Source of the DNA: an uncultured Candidatus Saccharibacteria bacterium
GTDB taxonomy: Bacteria; Patescibacteriota; Saccharimonadia; Saccharimonadales; JAGQNJ01
Assembly (NCBI GenBank): GCA_964426845.1
Contig: CAYRSA010000004.1
Location: 61,845 to 125,844 of the forward strand
Length of the DNA: 64,000 bases
Reading direction: 5' to 3'
Of the stretch, positions 29,981 through 39,102 are shown piece after piece. Below the pieces are notes generated by a model. The model was not told the origin of the DNA. It did not search any database and was given only the letters and a program-made list of their open reading frames with translations. Numbering within the stretch: the first letter of the stretch is position 1; each line of letters begins with the position of its first letter. The translations under genes were made by a program, and so were the position numbers.

Positions 29981-31249
29981 TTATTTATCGATGTAGTCTT
30001 GGCACAGTCTTTCAAAGATGGCATTGGTCCAGCCAAAGCCGGTTTGCGACGGATAAACACCTTTTTGGGGTGGTTTATCGGGGTTTACGACGTTGTATTT
30101 CTCAAGGAAAACCCCATGCTGGTTAAACCAAGTTAGATTCGTATGTAGCCACTTCATGGCCAGTCGGCGAGCATCTTCGTGATAGCCATAACGCTCTAGC
30201 CCCTGGATAGCCAAAAACTCTAACGGCGCCCAGCCGTTGGGATGAGCCCATTGGGTCGGCAAACTACCAGGCACCAGCTGGCTAACTGGTTGATTATCAG
30301 TGGTGCTAAGACCACCCTTGTTCTCAAACCGGCCCAGGGCGCCGACCAACTTATGTGCCTTCTTATCGTCCAACATCCCGGCCCACAGTGGAAAAAAGCC
30401 AGCCAGCGAGCTGATATTGCCCCGCCGCTCTTTGACGAAGTTGTAATCGTAATAAAAGCCCCGGGCCTGGCTCCACATTAGCTCGTCCATCATTTTCTTG
30501 CGGGCATGGGCCCGGTTCAGCCACACCCCGGCATCTTGGTCGTGCCCCAAAATTTTGGCCGCCCGGGCAAAATCCGACTCGTACTTATATAACAGGGCGT
30601 TCAAATCAACCGGAAGATAGTTCAGCGCTCGCCGGTTAAATCTGGGTGTCATATCCCAGCCACTCTCGGCCTCGGCCAAATCATTCAGCATATTGATGTC
30701 GTAATAGCGGCTCAGTCCCATGTAGACAGCTCGCCAGTTAGGCTTAGCCGTACCCAGCCAAACAGTCGAGTATTCGTCGTGCGCTACGGCGATGTGCTCT
30801 TCTAACCACTGGCGGTCTTTGTGATAAGTGTCGTATACATTAAAAATAAATGTCGTCAGAAAGGGCGGCTGCGAACGGCCCATCAGATAGGTCCGCGAGG
30901 CATTAGGAATAATCTTGAAACGCTTCTGCATGAAGATTAAGTTCTCGAGAATGCCTTCAACCAATTCCTGGTGTTCATCGTCTAACATTCCCTGGACCAT
31001 AAAATAGCTGTCCCAATAATACATTTCGTTAAAGTCAAAGGCGTGGCCCTCTTCGTAAGCCGGCACCAGATATTTGTTAGGCAAGCCCAGCAACGTCTCA
31101 TCGTCTTTGGGGTGATAGCGCTCTAACTTCGGCCAATAGCCTTTGATATACTCGCGAGCCTTGGCCACATCTTCAGGCCCCAGATCCCGCGGCCCACCAG
31201 AGGGCAAAATCGATTTGGCGACGTCTTTAAGTTTTCCAAGCATAACCAC
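29981..31249 (-). CDS. Trehalase (glycoside hydrolase family 37)
   Basis: GH37 signatures (PGGRF-like region, QTGFGWTNA near the C-terminus). Confidence 0.75.
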   Translation of the reverse strand: MVMLGKLKDVAKSILPSGGPRDLGPEDVAKAREYIKGYWPKLERYHPKDDETLLGLPNKYLVPAYEEGHAFDFNEMYYWDSYFMVQGMLDDEHQELVEGILENLIFMQKRFKIIPNASRTYLMGRSQPPFLTTFIFNVYDTYHKDRQWLEEHIAVAHDEYSTVWLGTAKPNWRAVYMGLSRYYDINMLNDLAEAESGWDMTPRFNRRALNYLPVDLNALLYKYESDFARAAKILGHDQDAGVWLNRAHARKKMMDELMWSQARGFYYDYNFVKERRGNISSLAGFFPLWAGMLDDKKAHKLVGALGRFENKGGLSTTDNQPVSQLVPGSLPTQWAHPNGWAPLEFLAIQGLERYGYHEDARRLAMKWLHTNLTWFNQHGVFLEKYNVVNPDKPPQKGVYPSQTGFGWTNAIFERLCQDYIDK

Positions 31250-31292
31250 CAGTGTACGGCCGCGACAGCTGTGGGGTCAACCTGTTATTCGA

Positions 31293-31316
31293 CGATGTAG
31301 CATATATGCTACATCG
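31293..31316. repeat. Perfect 24-bp palindrome CGATGTAGCATA|TATGCTACATCG
   Basis: Seen directly in the sequence. It lies between the cytochrome b5 fusion gene stop (31326) and the trehalase start (31249). Confidence 0.9.
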
Positions 31317-31325
31317 CTCGCTCAG

Positions 31326-32423
31326 CTACTGGGTCGGGGTGACGGTGCCGATTTTAAACTGTTCCAGTTGACTAGTCGCGCTGGAACTGTGCGGCTCACC
31401 ACTGCCCACTGGATTACCAGACTCATCCTGGCGCTGTGTAAAGAAAGTTGTAGCATCCTCACCGCAGGCTCTTAAGATCTCGTCACCGCCTGGGTGGCGA
31501 GAAACATAGGAAGTAATGTCGTAAACGTTGCCATTGATAATAGTCCAACAATCCTCGGCACTGTTGTGATCCTTAACTTCCTCAACCGCATAAACCTCTT
31601 GATCGGCCGTTTCTACATTTAAGGCCTCCTGCTCGGTTGAAGTGGTAACTGGCGCTGAAGCCGACTCGTCTTTATTCATCTGTGTGTAAGCCAACACGCT
31701 GCCGCCCACCACTAGGGCTGCCACAATCGCGATACCAATAACCTTTTTCATAAAATTTCCTTCCTTTTTAGCCACCTGAGCTTCTAGGTAGTATATATAG
31801 ACAAGACTGGCCAGTAAACTGACGGCATAAAACAGCCACACATAACGGAACCAACCGGTTTGCAAATTAGATCCCAGCGCCAAACTATGAGCAATAATTG
31901 CAAACATGGCCACCACGTTGCCATACTCAATAATCGGCCACCAAGCCTTTTTATCAAACCAGCGCTTGGTCTCGAAGCTCAGGAAAAGCAAAAAGCTGAG
32001 CGTGCCCAGGGCCACCGCCCACTTTAGGGCCGGGCCAACGTAATTGATATAGCTGCCAGGCGGCAGACCGGCTCCATCCCGCCATAGCTGGAAAACCAGT
32101 AGGCTTGGGTGCAACAAGATAAACACAATCGCCGCCCAACCAGTCGCCCTAAAGTAAGCCTTAAGCGGCGCTTTGTCGACGCCGGCCAACCGGCGCAGGG
32201 CTCCAACCACATAATGGGTCCACATTAAACTAAAAGCCAATAAACCAAACAAAGGAAACAACAGGTATGCATTCAGGTCTTTGGCCTCTAGCCCCACTTG
32301 ACTCCAGGCTGCCAAAGCTAGTACACAAACCGCCAAGCTCAGACCCCAGGCTGCCACCACCATGTTTCTTGTTTTCATAAGCTTATTGTAGCAAATCCGG
32401 CTTTTGGCCTCGGTAGGCCTCAA
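31326..32423 (-). CDS. Membrane haem protein fusion: N-terminal ~6-TM MsrQ/ferric-reductase-like domain, an additional TM, and a C-terminal cytochrome b5-like haem-binding domain
   Basis: His residues sit in predicted TM helices. The C-terminal b5 motif is HNSAEDCWTIINGNVYDITSYVSRHPGG. There is an internal Met (…FMKKVIG…) but no stop, so it is read as one ORF. Confidence 0.55.
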   Translation of the reverse strand: MRPTEAKSRICYNKLMKTRNMVVAAWGLSLAVCVLALAAWSQVGLEAKDLNAYLLFPLFGLLAFSLMWTHYVVGALRRLAGVDKAPLKAYFRATGWAAIVFILLHPSLLVFQLWRDGAGLPPGSYINYVGPALKWAVALGTLSFLLFLSFETKRWFDKKAWWPIIEYGNVVAMFAIIAHSLALGSNLQTGWFRYVWLFYAVSLLASLVYIYYLEAQVAKKEGNFMKKVIGIAIVAALVVGGSVLAYTQMNKDESASAPVTTSTEQEALNVETADQEVYAVEEVKDHNSAEDCWTIINGNVYDITSYVSRHPGGDEILRACGEDATTFFTQRQDESGNPVGSGEPHSSSATSQLEQFKIGTVTPTQ

Positions 32424-32437
32424 CTAGGTCTGTATGC

Positions 32438-33208
32438 CTAAAACTCCGCTAGGGCATCGTCGAGAGTATACTCCCCGCGATCATCAATTTGTAGGATTTC
32501 CCTATAGGCCTGTTCGCGGGTTATTAGACCTTCATCCAAATCAGCCTGAGCGGCGGCGGCAAGACCCGGCTCAATCCAATCCCGAGCCTCTCTTCGTCGG
32601 GTCACACCCCGCCTGTCGACGAGTTCGGCCATCGCCAGGGCTTCACTGCCCAAAAGTGTCGAGTCAGCCAAGCCGGCAAAGGCGTAACGGATTACCTCTC
32701 CCTCTATGACATCGCGCCCTAAGGTTTCATCAATCTGCCCTTGGTCATCTACTGGTTCAACCGCTTCAAGGGCCTGGAAAGAGTGCAGATAGCCTGCTTG
32801 AAAATCTTCCCGGACCTGACGAACAACAGTCGCCTCTACAGCATCCCGCGCCACTGTGTAATCAATTGCTCCATCGTTGTTGACAACTCTTAGACGCCGG
32901 ATTGCTCGACTCAATCGTCCCTCTCGAACTTCTTGACGAGCCCTTTCCACTAAGTCGTAGTCATCAACATCAGATCCTGACAATTGTTCCGGCTCTATGC
33001 CTTCAAAAGCATTGGCCAGTCCAATACCTGGCTGAGGGGTTGGTGATTGGGCTTGATCATTACCATCTTCAGAACAAGCCGGTCCTACTAAGGCCAGCAG
33101 GCTGAGCGTGCCAGCAATCGCAAGACATTGAACAAAATGCGTTCGGCCAGTATCCGGTGGCGGCTGTTCTTCTGGGCTATTCCTACTCATTGTGACTGAT
33201 TGTGTCAC
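32438..33208 (-). CDS. Hypothetical secreted/lipoprotein-like acidic protein, 256 aa
   Basis: N-terminal hydrophobic segment ending LALVGPAC (lipobox-like). No other motif recognised. Confidence 0.45.
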   Translation of the reverse strand: MTQSVTMSRNSPEEQPPPDTGRTHFVQCLAIAGTLSLLALVGPACSEDGNDQAQSPTPQPGIGLANAFEGIEPEQLSGSDVDDYDLVERARQEVREGRLSRAIRRLRVVNNDGAIDYTVARDAVEATVVRQVREDFQAGYLHSFQALEAVEPVDDQGQIDETLGRDVIEGEVIRYAFAGLADSTLLGSEALAMAELVDRRGVTRRREARDWIEPGLAAAAQADLDEGLITREQAYREILQIDDRGEYTLDDALAEF

Positions 33209-33223
33209 TTTATATACAGATCG

Positions 33224-34375
33224 TCAACGATTGGAAAAAATCGGACGTTTTAGTACTTTTTCAACGTAGGCCTGGATGCAGGCCTCGGCATTTGTCGGAT
33301 TCATAAGGCCAATTTCGCACAATTTTCGAGCCGAAAGATCGTATTGCTCTCCATACTCAGCAGCCAATTCAACTACACCCGGAATCAGTACTACGAGACT
33401 ATCTGCCCCATACCACGAACCTATATGATAAGCCCGACCTCGACGAACAATCGGGTATTGGCGGGCAACAGCTTCCACTGCCGATTCCAGTTGCTTGGCC
33501 ACTTTTAGGGTCTGCTTTGGATGTTTTAGGGATAGCTCCAGTGCTACATGTATAGGCATCTTAGGATGAGCAGCTACAACTCTCTCAACCCGCTTTTGTA
33601 GGATTCTGAGCTTATCCGTAGGGTTCTTTGAATTAAATACAACGTGCTCTATGACATGCGTGGCAATGTCAGGAAAGGCTACCCGTAAACTGTCTATTGC
33701 TCCAAATATCTCCTCCGCCTTATCTAAGGCTTTTTCAGGATGTCTGAAAGCGATTGTTTTCAATTTGTGTGCAGGAGCGTCGGGAAAAACATCACTGATA
33801 TCATAGTAAGCCTCTCTAACCGTCTCCAGATGTTCGCTTGGGTGGGAATGAAGGTTTCTAAACGTCTTGCGAACTATGTACTCATTCAGCTCATGCCCAT
33901 ACTCCTCTAAGAGTTTATCGTAAAGAGCCGTAGGGTGTCTTGAAAATGGGTTGCGTCGCAACAGGTCTTTGGTCAGACCATTCTGGCCTAGTCGCTGATT
34001 AAAACCCAGGTATTGACTGAACATATAGTGAGTAAAGGTGATCGGTTGGGTGATAGAGATCGGTTCTTCTTCAGCATCGATTCTATTATTCAATCGGCAA
34101 TCAGCCAGCACAAATCGCCCCACACCATCAGCAAAGCCTTTTACAAACATCTCTCTCTTAGACTCGGCGAGTGAAGGCGCGACGCCAAAGAGCGTAACTA
34201 GTGCCCTAACCGACAACTCGCTTTGGTCGTAATAATCGCCAGCAAAATCCACGGCAACTTGTCGCGCGGACTCGATAACCGGTCTGTCAATCAAGCCACT
34301 ATTTCCATCTATGCTCACATGGCCTTCAGCTAATTCTGCTTGGACATCCAGCACGTGCAAGCGAGCATTCTTCAT
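33224..34375 (-). CDS. Hypothetical protein, 383 aa
   Basis: ORF only. A TGTTATAAT extended -10 lies 6 nt before the ATG, making a leaderless candidate. Confidence 0.45.
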   Translation of the reverse strand: MKNARLHVLDVQAELAEGHVSIDGNSGLIDRPVIESARQVAVDFAGDYYDQSELSVRALVTLFGVAPSLAESKREMFVKGFADGVGRFVLADCRLNNRIDAEEEPISITQPITFTHYMFSQYLGFNQRLGQNGLTKDLLRRNPFSRHPTALYDKLLEEYGHELNEYIVRKTFRNLHSHPSEHLETVREAYYDISDVFPDAPAHKLKTIAFRHPEKALDKAEEIFGAIDSLRVAFPDIATHVIEHVVFNSKNPTDKLRILQKRVERVVAAHPKMPIHVALELSLKHPKQTLKVAKQLESAVEAVARQYPIVRRGRAYHIGSWYGADSLVVLIPGVVELAAEYGEQYDLSARKLCEIGLMNPTNAEACIQAYVEKVLKRPIFSNR

Positions 34376-34450
34376 ACTAAGATTATAACATTTTGTTGTA
34401 CTATGGTCTATTTAGTATTTTTATTTCGCGGTCGGCGCCTGTTGGTTGAA

Positions 34451-35623
34451 CTATTTCTTACAGACTGGGCAAACCTCTTCGTCTTTAAAACCATAACGCC
34501 AGGTAGTAACAGCTTTCCGTGCCGGTAGAAACAGTAGATACAATTTTAAATCCGCCAAGCGGCGCAGTAACCAGCCAAGTCGGCCGTATATCTCCGTCTC
34601 GCCCCATAAAACCGCCGCCCACCTTGGTCCAACAGGAATAGCGTAAATTGGCCTTTTGGGTTTGTATGGCGATGTTGATTGGCCCTTACTTGTCCTGATT
34701 AAGTTGCTAGCCACAAAATTGGCGTCGTGCAGGGCGGTCTGGGCCATGCCGGTGTATTTTGTTACAGCGCTATCGCCTATTACGTAAATGTTTGGGGCGG
34801 TGCGCAAATATTGATCAACTTTTGCTCGGCCAGCCTTGCCAAACTCGAATAGTTTAGAATTCTCGGCGAACAGAGAGTTATTGCCCACACCCGCCGTCCA
34901 AATAACCGTATGGGAAGCTATCGAACCTTTCGGCAATTGGATGTCATCGACGTTTTCAGCTTTCACCGCAGTATTAAATATTGTCTTGACTCCCAGTTTT
35001 TTCAGGCGCCGTTCGACCTTGCTGGAAAACTTCTTTGGCATACTGGCCAGAACTCTTGGACCAGCTTCTATCAAGTCAACAGTAAAGCTGTGTTTGATTT
35101 TGTGTTTTTGGCGGATTTTCTTTAAATATGATGTAAGCTCGGCGCTCAGTTCCACACCAGTAGCCCCAGCTCCAATTACTACATAGTTCCGTTCGGACTC
35201 AGCATTTAGTAACTGATCATGTAAATGACGTTTTAGTTTTAGGGCTTCCTGGATTGTTTTAACGCCGTAGGCAAATTCTTTTAGGCCCTTTACTCCAAAA
35301 TACTCTGTAACATTACCCGTTGCCAGAACCAGGGCATCGTATCCATACGTTGAAGTTGATTGACCTATCACTCTTTGTTCAGCTTCATTAATTTTGATTA
35401 TCTTGTCTTCGATTACCTCGACGTTTTTTGCATACGAAAAAAACTCACTCAAAGGAATGGCTACTTCCAAGGGAGAGCGGCCAGTCGCCGAGCGATACAA
35501 GGCTGCGTGATACTCGAAGTAGCTCTGGTCAGATATCAGCTTTACTTCAATGTTCTTTTTATTAGCCAGGGCCAGGGCAGTCCGGACGCCGCCGAAGCCA
35601 CCGCCGACAATTACGATTTTCAT
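34451..35623 (-). CDS. ndh: Type II NADH dehydrogenase (NDH-2)-like FAD-dependent pyridine nucleotide-disulfide oxidoreductase
   Basis: Two Rossmann GxGxxG motifs (VIVGGGFGG, VVIGAGATG). Confidence 0.8.
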   Translation of the reverse strand: MKIVIVGGGFGGVRTALALANKKNIEVKLISDQSYFEYHAALYRSATGRSPLEVAIPLSEFFSYAKNVEVIEDKIIKINEAEQRVIGQSTSTYGYDALVLATGNVTEYFGVKGLKEFAYGVKTIQEALKLKRHLHDQLLNAESERNYVVIGAGATGVELSAELTSYLKKIRQKHKIKHSFTVDLIEAGPRVLASMPKKFSSKVERRLKKLGVKTIFNTAVKAENVDDIQLPKGSIASHTVIWTAGVGNNSLFAENSKLFEFGKAGRAKVDQYLRTAPNIYVIGDSAVTKYTGMAQTALHDANFVASNLIRTSKGQSTSPYKPKRPIYAIPVGPRWAAVLWGETEIYGRLGWLLRRLADLKLYLLFLPARKAVTTWRYGFKDEEVCPVCKK

Positions 35624-35625
35624 GG

Positions 35626-37284
35626 CTAGAAACTACTCCTCATGTGTTGTTGTGAATATTCCAAGTTAGCGTCAGTTTTCTTGTGGGGATTAAAGATATT
35701 GTCCGGATCGAAGGCCTGTTTTACTTGCCTAAATATCGCCATCATCTCTGGGCCATACATTCGCTCCAGCATCGGCCCACGAATTAAGCCGTCATTATGT
35801 TCACCCGACAGTGAACCGTTATACTCGAGTACTAAGTCGGTTACTTCCTTGAGGGCTGGGTAGATTTTATGACGCTCCCGGGCGTCCTTGAGGTCCATCA
35901 GGGGAATGATGTGGAAGTTGCCGTCACCCATGTGCCCTGCAACAGTGTACATCAGCTCGTAGCGCTCCATGATCTCGGTCAATCGTGGCAGGAACTCTGG
36001 CAGGCTTTCCGGAGGTACGATAAGGTCGTCTATAAATGGTGCTGTGTGCTTCTTTTTGACATTCTTTCTCAGCAAGTTAAAGCTCTCCCGGCGCATGGTC
36101 CAAAACTTTTCTTCATGCTTTTTATCACGGGCTTCTTGGGTCTCGATTTCTAAAGCCTCCAGGCGTTTTTGGGTTTCGGCAATCTTGGCGTCAATATCAG
36201 TTTGTCTTTCACCTTCGAATTCAATCAGTAAAACAATTTTCGGCAAGCGAGGGAAGAAACGTAGCAGCTTGTTCAAGACTGGTATAAAACTTAAGCCCAA
36301 TAGGATAAATTTTTTCCATCCAAGTGTCTCCCGAAAACTTAGGAAAAAGCGAAAGGCAAACAGCAAGGTATGGTCATCAAACGACTCCAAGCTAGTTGGC
36401 TTTAGTGGCAGGATGGCATTAATTACCTGGCCTAGATTCTCAAGGCTAGGCAGGAAGGCCACCAACATGCCCGATAATGGTTTGGCCGGCACCAGGCGAA
36501 ATGTGGCTTCAGTTATCAGACCTAGGGTACCCTGTGATCCAACGATAACTTTGGTTATATCGAAGGTGGCACCGTCCCAAACATCCCAAAGGTTGTAGGC
36601 GGTAGAGTTTTTACTGACCTCGGGCCTGGCTTGCTTAATCATCTCCGCATTTTCAGTAACCAGCTTATGGATTTTCCTATAAATATCGCCCTCCAGCCCT
36701 TTCTCAGCCAACTTATCTTTAAGAGCGGCTTTGTCGATAGGCTTAAAGCTATGCTCCTTCCCGTCGCTCAGCACAATTTTTAACTCAGGCACATAGCGAT
36801 CGGTTTTGCCATAGACTAACGATTTCTCACCCCCAGCATTATTAGCCACCATGCCACCAATCATGCATAGCTCGCGGCTGGCCGGATAGGACGGCATTAA
36901 CAAGTTGTGCTTCAGGGTTTTTGGTTCAAAATCACGATAGTAAACTCCTGGCTGAGCCGTGACATGATGACCGTGAACCTCGCTCATTTTTGTAAAGTAA
37001 CGCTCGAAAGCTACGACAATGGAGTCATTGATAGCCCCGCCCGACATGTCGGTGCCAGCACTCCGAGCCGTAAGCGATAAGCCGGGCTGGTCGGTCTTAT
37101 ATTGGTTTACGAACTGTACCAGCTTGCTAACGTCGTCAACAGTTTTAGGATAAACAACCACTTCTGGCTTTAGTTCAAACAGACTGGCGTCGTGACTATA
37201 AAAGGCTCGTGCTTCAGCATCGGAAGTTACATCACCACTGAAGAATTGCTTGATGGTGTCTACCAAGTTATAAGTCATAGCCAT
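35626..37284 (-). CDS. FAD-linked oxidase (D-lactate dehydrogenase / glycolate oxidase GlcD-like)
   Basis: FAD-binding PCMH-type domain plus the C-terminal FAD-oxidase domain. Confidence 0.75.
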   Translation of the reverse strand: MAMTYNLVDTIKQFFSGDVTSDAEARAFYSHDASLFELKPEVVVYPKTVDDVSKLVQFVNQYKTDQPGLSLTARSAGTDMSGGAINDSIVVAFERYFTKMSEVHGHHVTAQPGVYYRDFEPKTLKHNLLMPSYPASRELCMIGGMVANNAGGEKSLVYGKTDRYVPELKIVLSDGKEHSFKPIDKAALKDKLAEKGLEGDIYRKIHKLVTENAEMIKQARPEVSKNSTAYNLWDVWDGATFDITKVIVGSQGTLGLITEATFRLVPAKPLSGMLVAFLPSLENLGQVINAILPLKPTSLESFDDHTLLFAFRFFLSFRETLGWKKFILLGLSFIPVLNKLLRFFPRLPKIVLLIEFEGERQTDIDAKIAETQKRLEALEIETQEARDKKHEEKFWTMRRESFNLLRKNVKKKHTAPFIDDLIVPPESLPEFLPRLTEIMERYELMYTVAGHMGDGNFHIIPLMDLKDARERHKIYPALKEVTDLVLEYNGSLSGEHNDGLIRGPMLERMYGPEMMAIFRQVKQAFDPDNIFNPHKKTDANLEYSQQHMRSSF

Positions 37285-37300
37285 TACTCTAGACTATTGT

Positions 37301-37840
37301 TTATTCTAAGATAGGCAAGCGCTTTACTACCGATTGGCTAATCCACCAATCTCTAAGGCCCCACTTTTGCTGAGAGTTGGCAGCCAGAAGGGTTAGCAGT
37401 ACCAGCGAATAGATAATATGATCGTCAAGAATTGGATTGTTTTCCGGCAGTAGAGTTGCTGACCACATCATCATCATCAGTATCACACCGGAAATCGTGG
37501 CAATCCGCATGCCAATGCCGGCAATCAGGGCTAGGCCAATCAGCAACAAGCCGGCCATAAACAACACGTCAATAAAGCCATTGCCTGCCAGGCTTTGATA
37601 AAACGATTCGAAGGGTCCCCTGGTTGCCCCCTTCAAAAAGCCGGCCGTTGGCGAACCACCATTTATCCAGGCCTTGCTGCACATGGTCGTGACCGCTTCA
37701 GTTTGGGCGTCTCGGCAAGTCGCGAAACCCAAACCAAACAGCTTATCAAGAAAAGCCCACAGAAATGTAAAGCCCAAAGCCATTCGAGTTAGGGCTAGTA
37801 GATATGGTGTTTTATTGTTATTCGACTTGGTTTTAGGCAT
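37301..37840 (-). CDS. DoxX family membrane protein
   Basis: Four-TM DoxX-like topology. Confidence 0.65.
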   Translation of the reverse strand: MPKTKSNNNKTPYLLALTRMALGFTFLWAFLDKLFGLGFATCRDAQTEAVTTMCSKAWINGGSPTAGFLKGATRGPFESFYQSLAGNGFIDVLFMAGLLLIGLALIAGIGMRIATISGVILMMMMWSATLLPENNPILDDHIIYSLVLLTLLAANSQQKWGLRDWWISQSVVKRLPILE

Positions 37841-37928
37841 AAGTCTTCCTTCTATATTGGTTATGGTTGTTAACTATAATATATGCCTAAGCTTCAAATA
37901 TTTCAACAAAGTATTCACTGTTCTAAGA

Positions 37929-38642
37929 CTATCCCTGGTTAGGTCTCAATTTATCATAAGCCTTTACAAGATCTTGGTATAAACCTTCGGCGTCATTTCC
38001 CTGTGTAAAAGTCTCTGGGCTGAGACGAACAACGTCAAAAGCTTCAGTGTCTGCCCTTGCTGCACAAAATTCTGAATCTACCGACGGAGCAGTCATTAAA
38101 TACAGGTCGCCATTTACACCCAATGCCACGCCTTGCCAGTGCCATCTATAATCATATCCATCCTGAACGGATCGGGTGTGAGATTTCGTGCCTAAGTAAT
38201 TAGTTTCATAGGAATACTGCTTTGGTACCATCTTCGGTATATCCTGTCGTGAATATCTCTTCCCGTCGCCAAGCAGCCACCCAAAAACCTCGCGTTCGAC
38301 AATTCTTTCGCCACCTAGAACGTGGTCAAGTCTACCCTCTGGGTACACGAAAACCTGTTGAGATGGACTACACCGGTAAGCCCTTGGCCTGACTGATTGT
38401 TCTATAAGTTTTCCAGATATTTCTGTAGCTAGCGAAAAGACCTCTTCTGCTTTTGCCTGTGCAGCCGCTCTCTGTCTTTCGGCTAGCCTAACCATAATGT
38501 CCGTTATTTGTTGGCTTCTTTCAGCTCTTTCAAGCCTTTTAGCTTGTTCTTCTTGCCTGCGAAGTCTTAGGATTTCGCTGTCCTTTTCAAATCTGGCTAA
38601 ATAGGTAGGAGGAATATCTGGCATAGTAGTAATATTATACAA
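37929..38642 (-). CDS. Hypothetical protein with an N-terminal coiled-coil (E/R/Q-rich), 237 aa
   Basis: ORF only. It lies immediately downstream of the tmRNA terminator. Confidence 0.45.
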   Translation of the reverse strand: MYNITTMPDIPPTYLARFEKDSEILRLRRQEEQAKRLERAERSQQITDIMVRLAERQRAAAQAKAEEVFSLATEISGKLIEQSVRPRAYRCSPSQQVFVYPEGRLDHVLGGERIVEREVFGWLLGDGKRYSRQDIPKMVPKQYSYETNYLGTKSHTRSVQDGYDYRWHWQGVALGVNGDLYLMTAPSVDSEFCAARADTEAFDVVRLSPETFTQGNDAEGLYQDLVKAYDKLRPNQG

Positions 38643-38675
38643 TATTCATGTTAACAAGCATACCCTTAGTAATCA

Positions 38676-38702
38676 AAAACACACCAGCTTTCACTGATGT
38701 GC
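38676..38702 (-). terminator. Rho-independent terminator of ssrA (stem CACAUCAG/CUGGUGUG, loop UGAAAG, then UUUUUG)
   Basis: Hairpin plus U-tract 4 nt after the tmRNA CCA end. Confidence 0.6.
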
Positions 38703-38706
38703 TATT

Positions 38707-39102
38707 GGTGGAGCTGCCGGTTACTGCCACCGGGTCCGCGGGATTATTCTAGTTAGTCGTCTACAGGCTTAGATTATTTAGTTATCTTAGAGTCATGCCT
38801 TTAAATAATCAAAATAGCATAACTTGCAGCCCTAAAGTCTTAATCTGACCATGGGGTCCATAGTCAGAAGCAACCCTGGAAATATGGCGTGTCGTAAAAC
38901 TACCAGGATGTCGTCATAGACACGGCTTCAATAATTAAACTGAAGCTTGTGGAGCTACTTGAGGGAACATAGCCAAGGCTACGCGATCAAGTAGGGCTCC
39001 GAATTTAGAAGTTTTAGCATCTAAAAAGTTTGCCTATACGCTGACAAGCGACCTGCGAATCTAACCGATAAAGTCCTACGTCGAGCTTAAAATTCAGCCC
39101 CA
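38707..39102 (-). ncRNA. ssrA: tmRNA (SsrA), 396 nt
   Basis: 5' end GGGGCUGAAUUUUAAGCUCGACG (E. coli: GGGGCUGAUUCUGGAUUCGACG). 3' end ...CCGGUGGCAGUAACCGG-CAGCUCC-ACCA, which forms an acceptor stem with a G3:U70 pair and a 5-bp T-stem. UAG-GCA-AAC at positions 67-75 matches the E. coli UAGUC-GCA-AAC resume context. An extended -10 TGGTATAAT lies ~32 nt upstream. Confidence 0.85.

Noticed and set aside
31757-31775. Splitting 31326-32423 into two genes at the internal Met (…FMKKVIG…)
   Set aside because: There is no stop codon between the MsrQ-like and b5 parts in this sequence. It is kept as one ORF but flagged as a possible frameshift or fusion.
38707-39102. Doubt that this is tmRNA, because the T-loop (GGCAGUA) is non-canonical
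   Set aside because: The 5' GGGGCUGA...UCGACG, the UAG-GCA-AAC resume context, the G3:U70 acceptor pair, the terminal CCA, the 396-nt size, and a dedicated promoter and terminator are jointly diagnostic. The odd T-loop is kept as a finding rather than a reason to reject.
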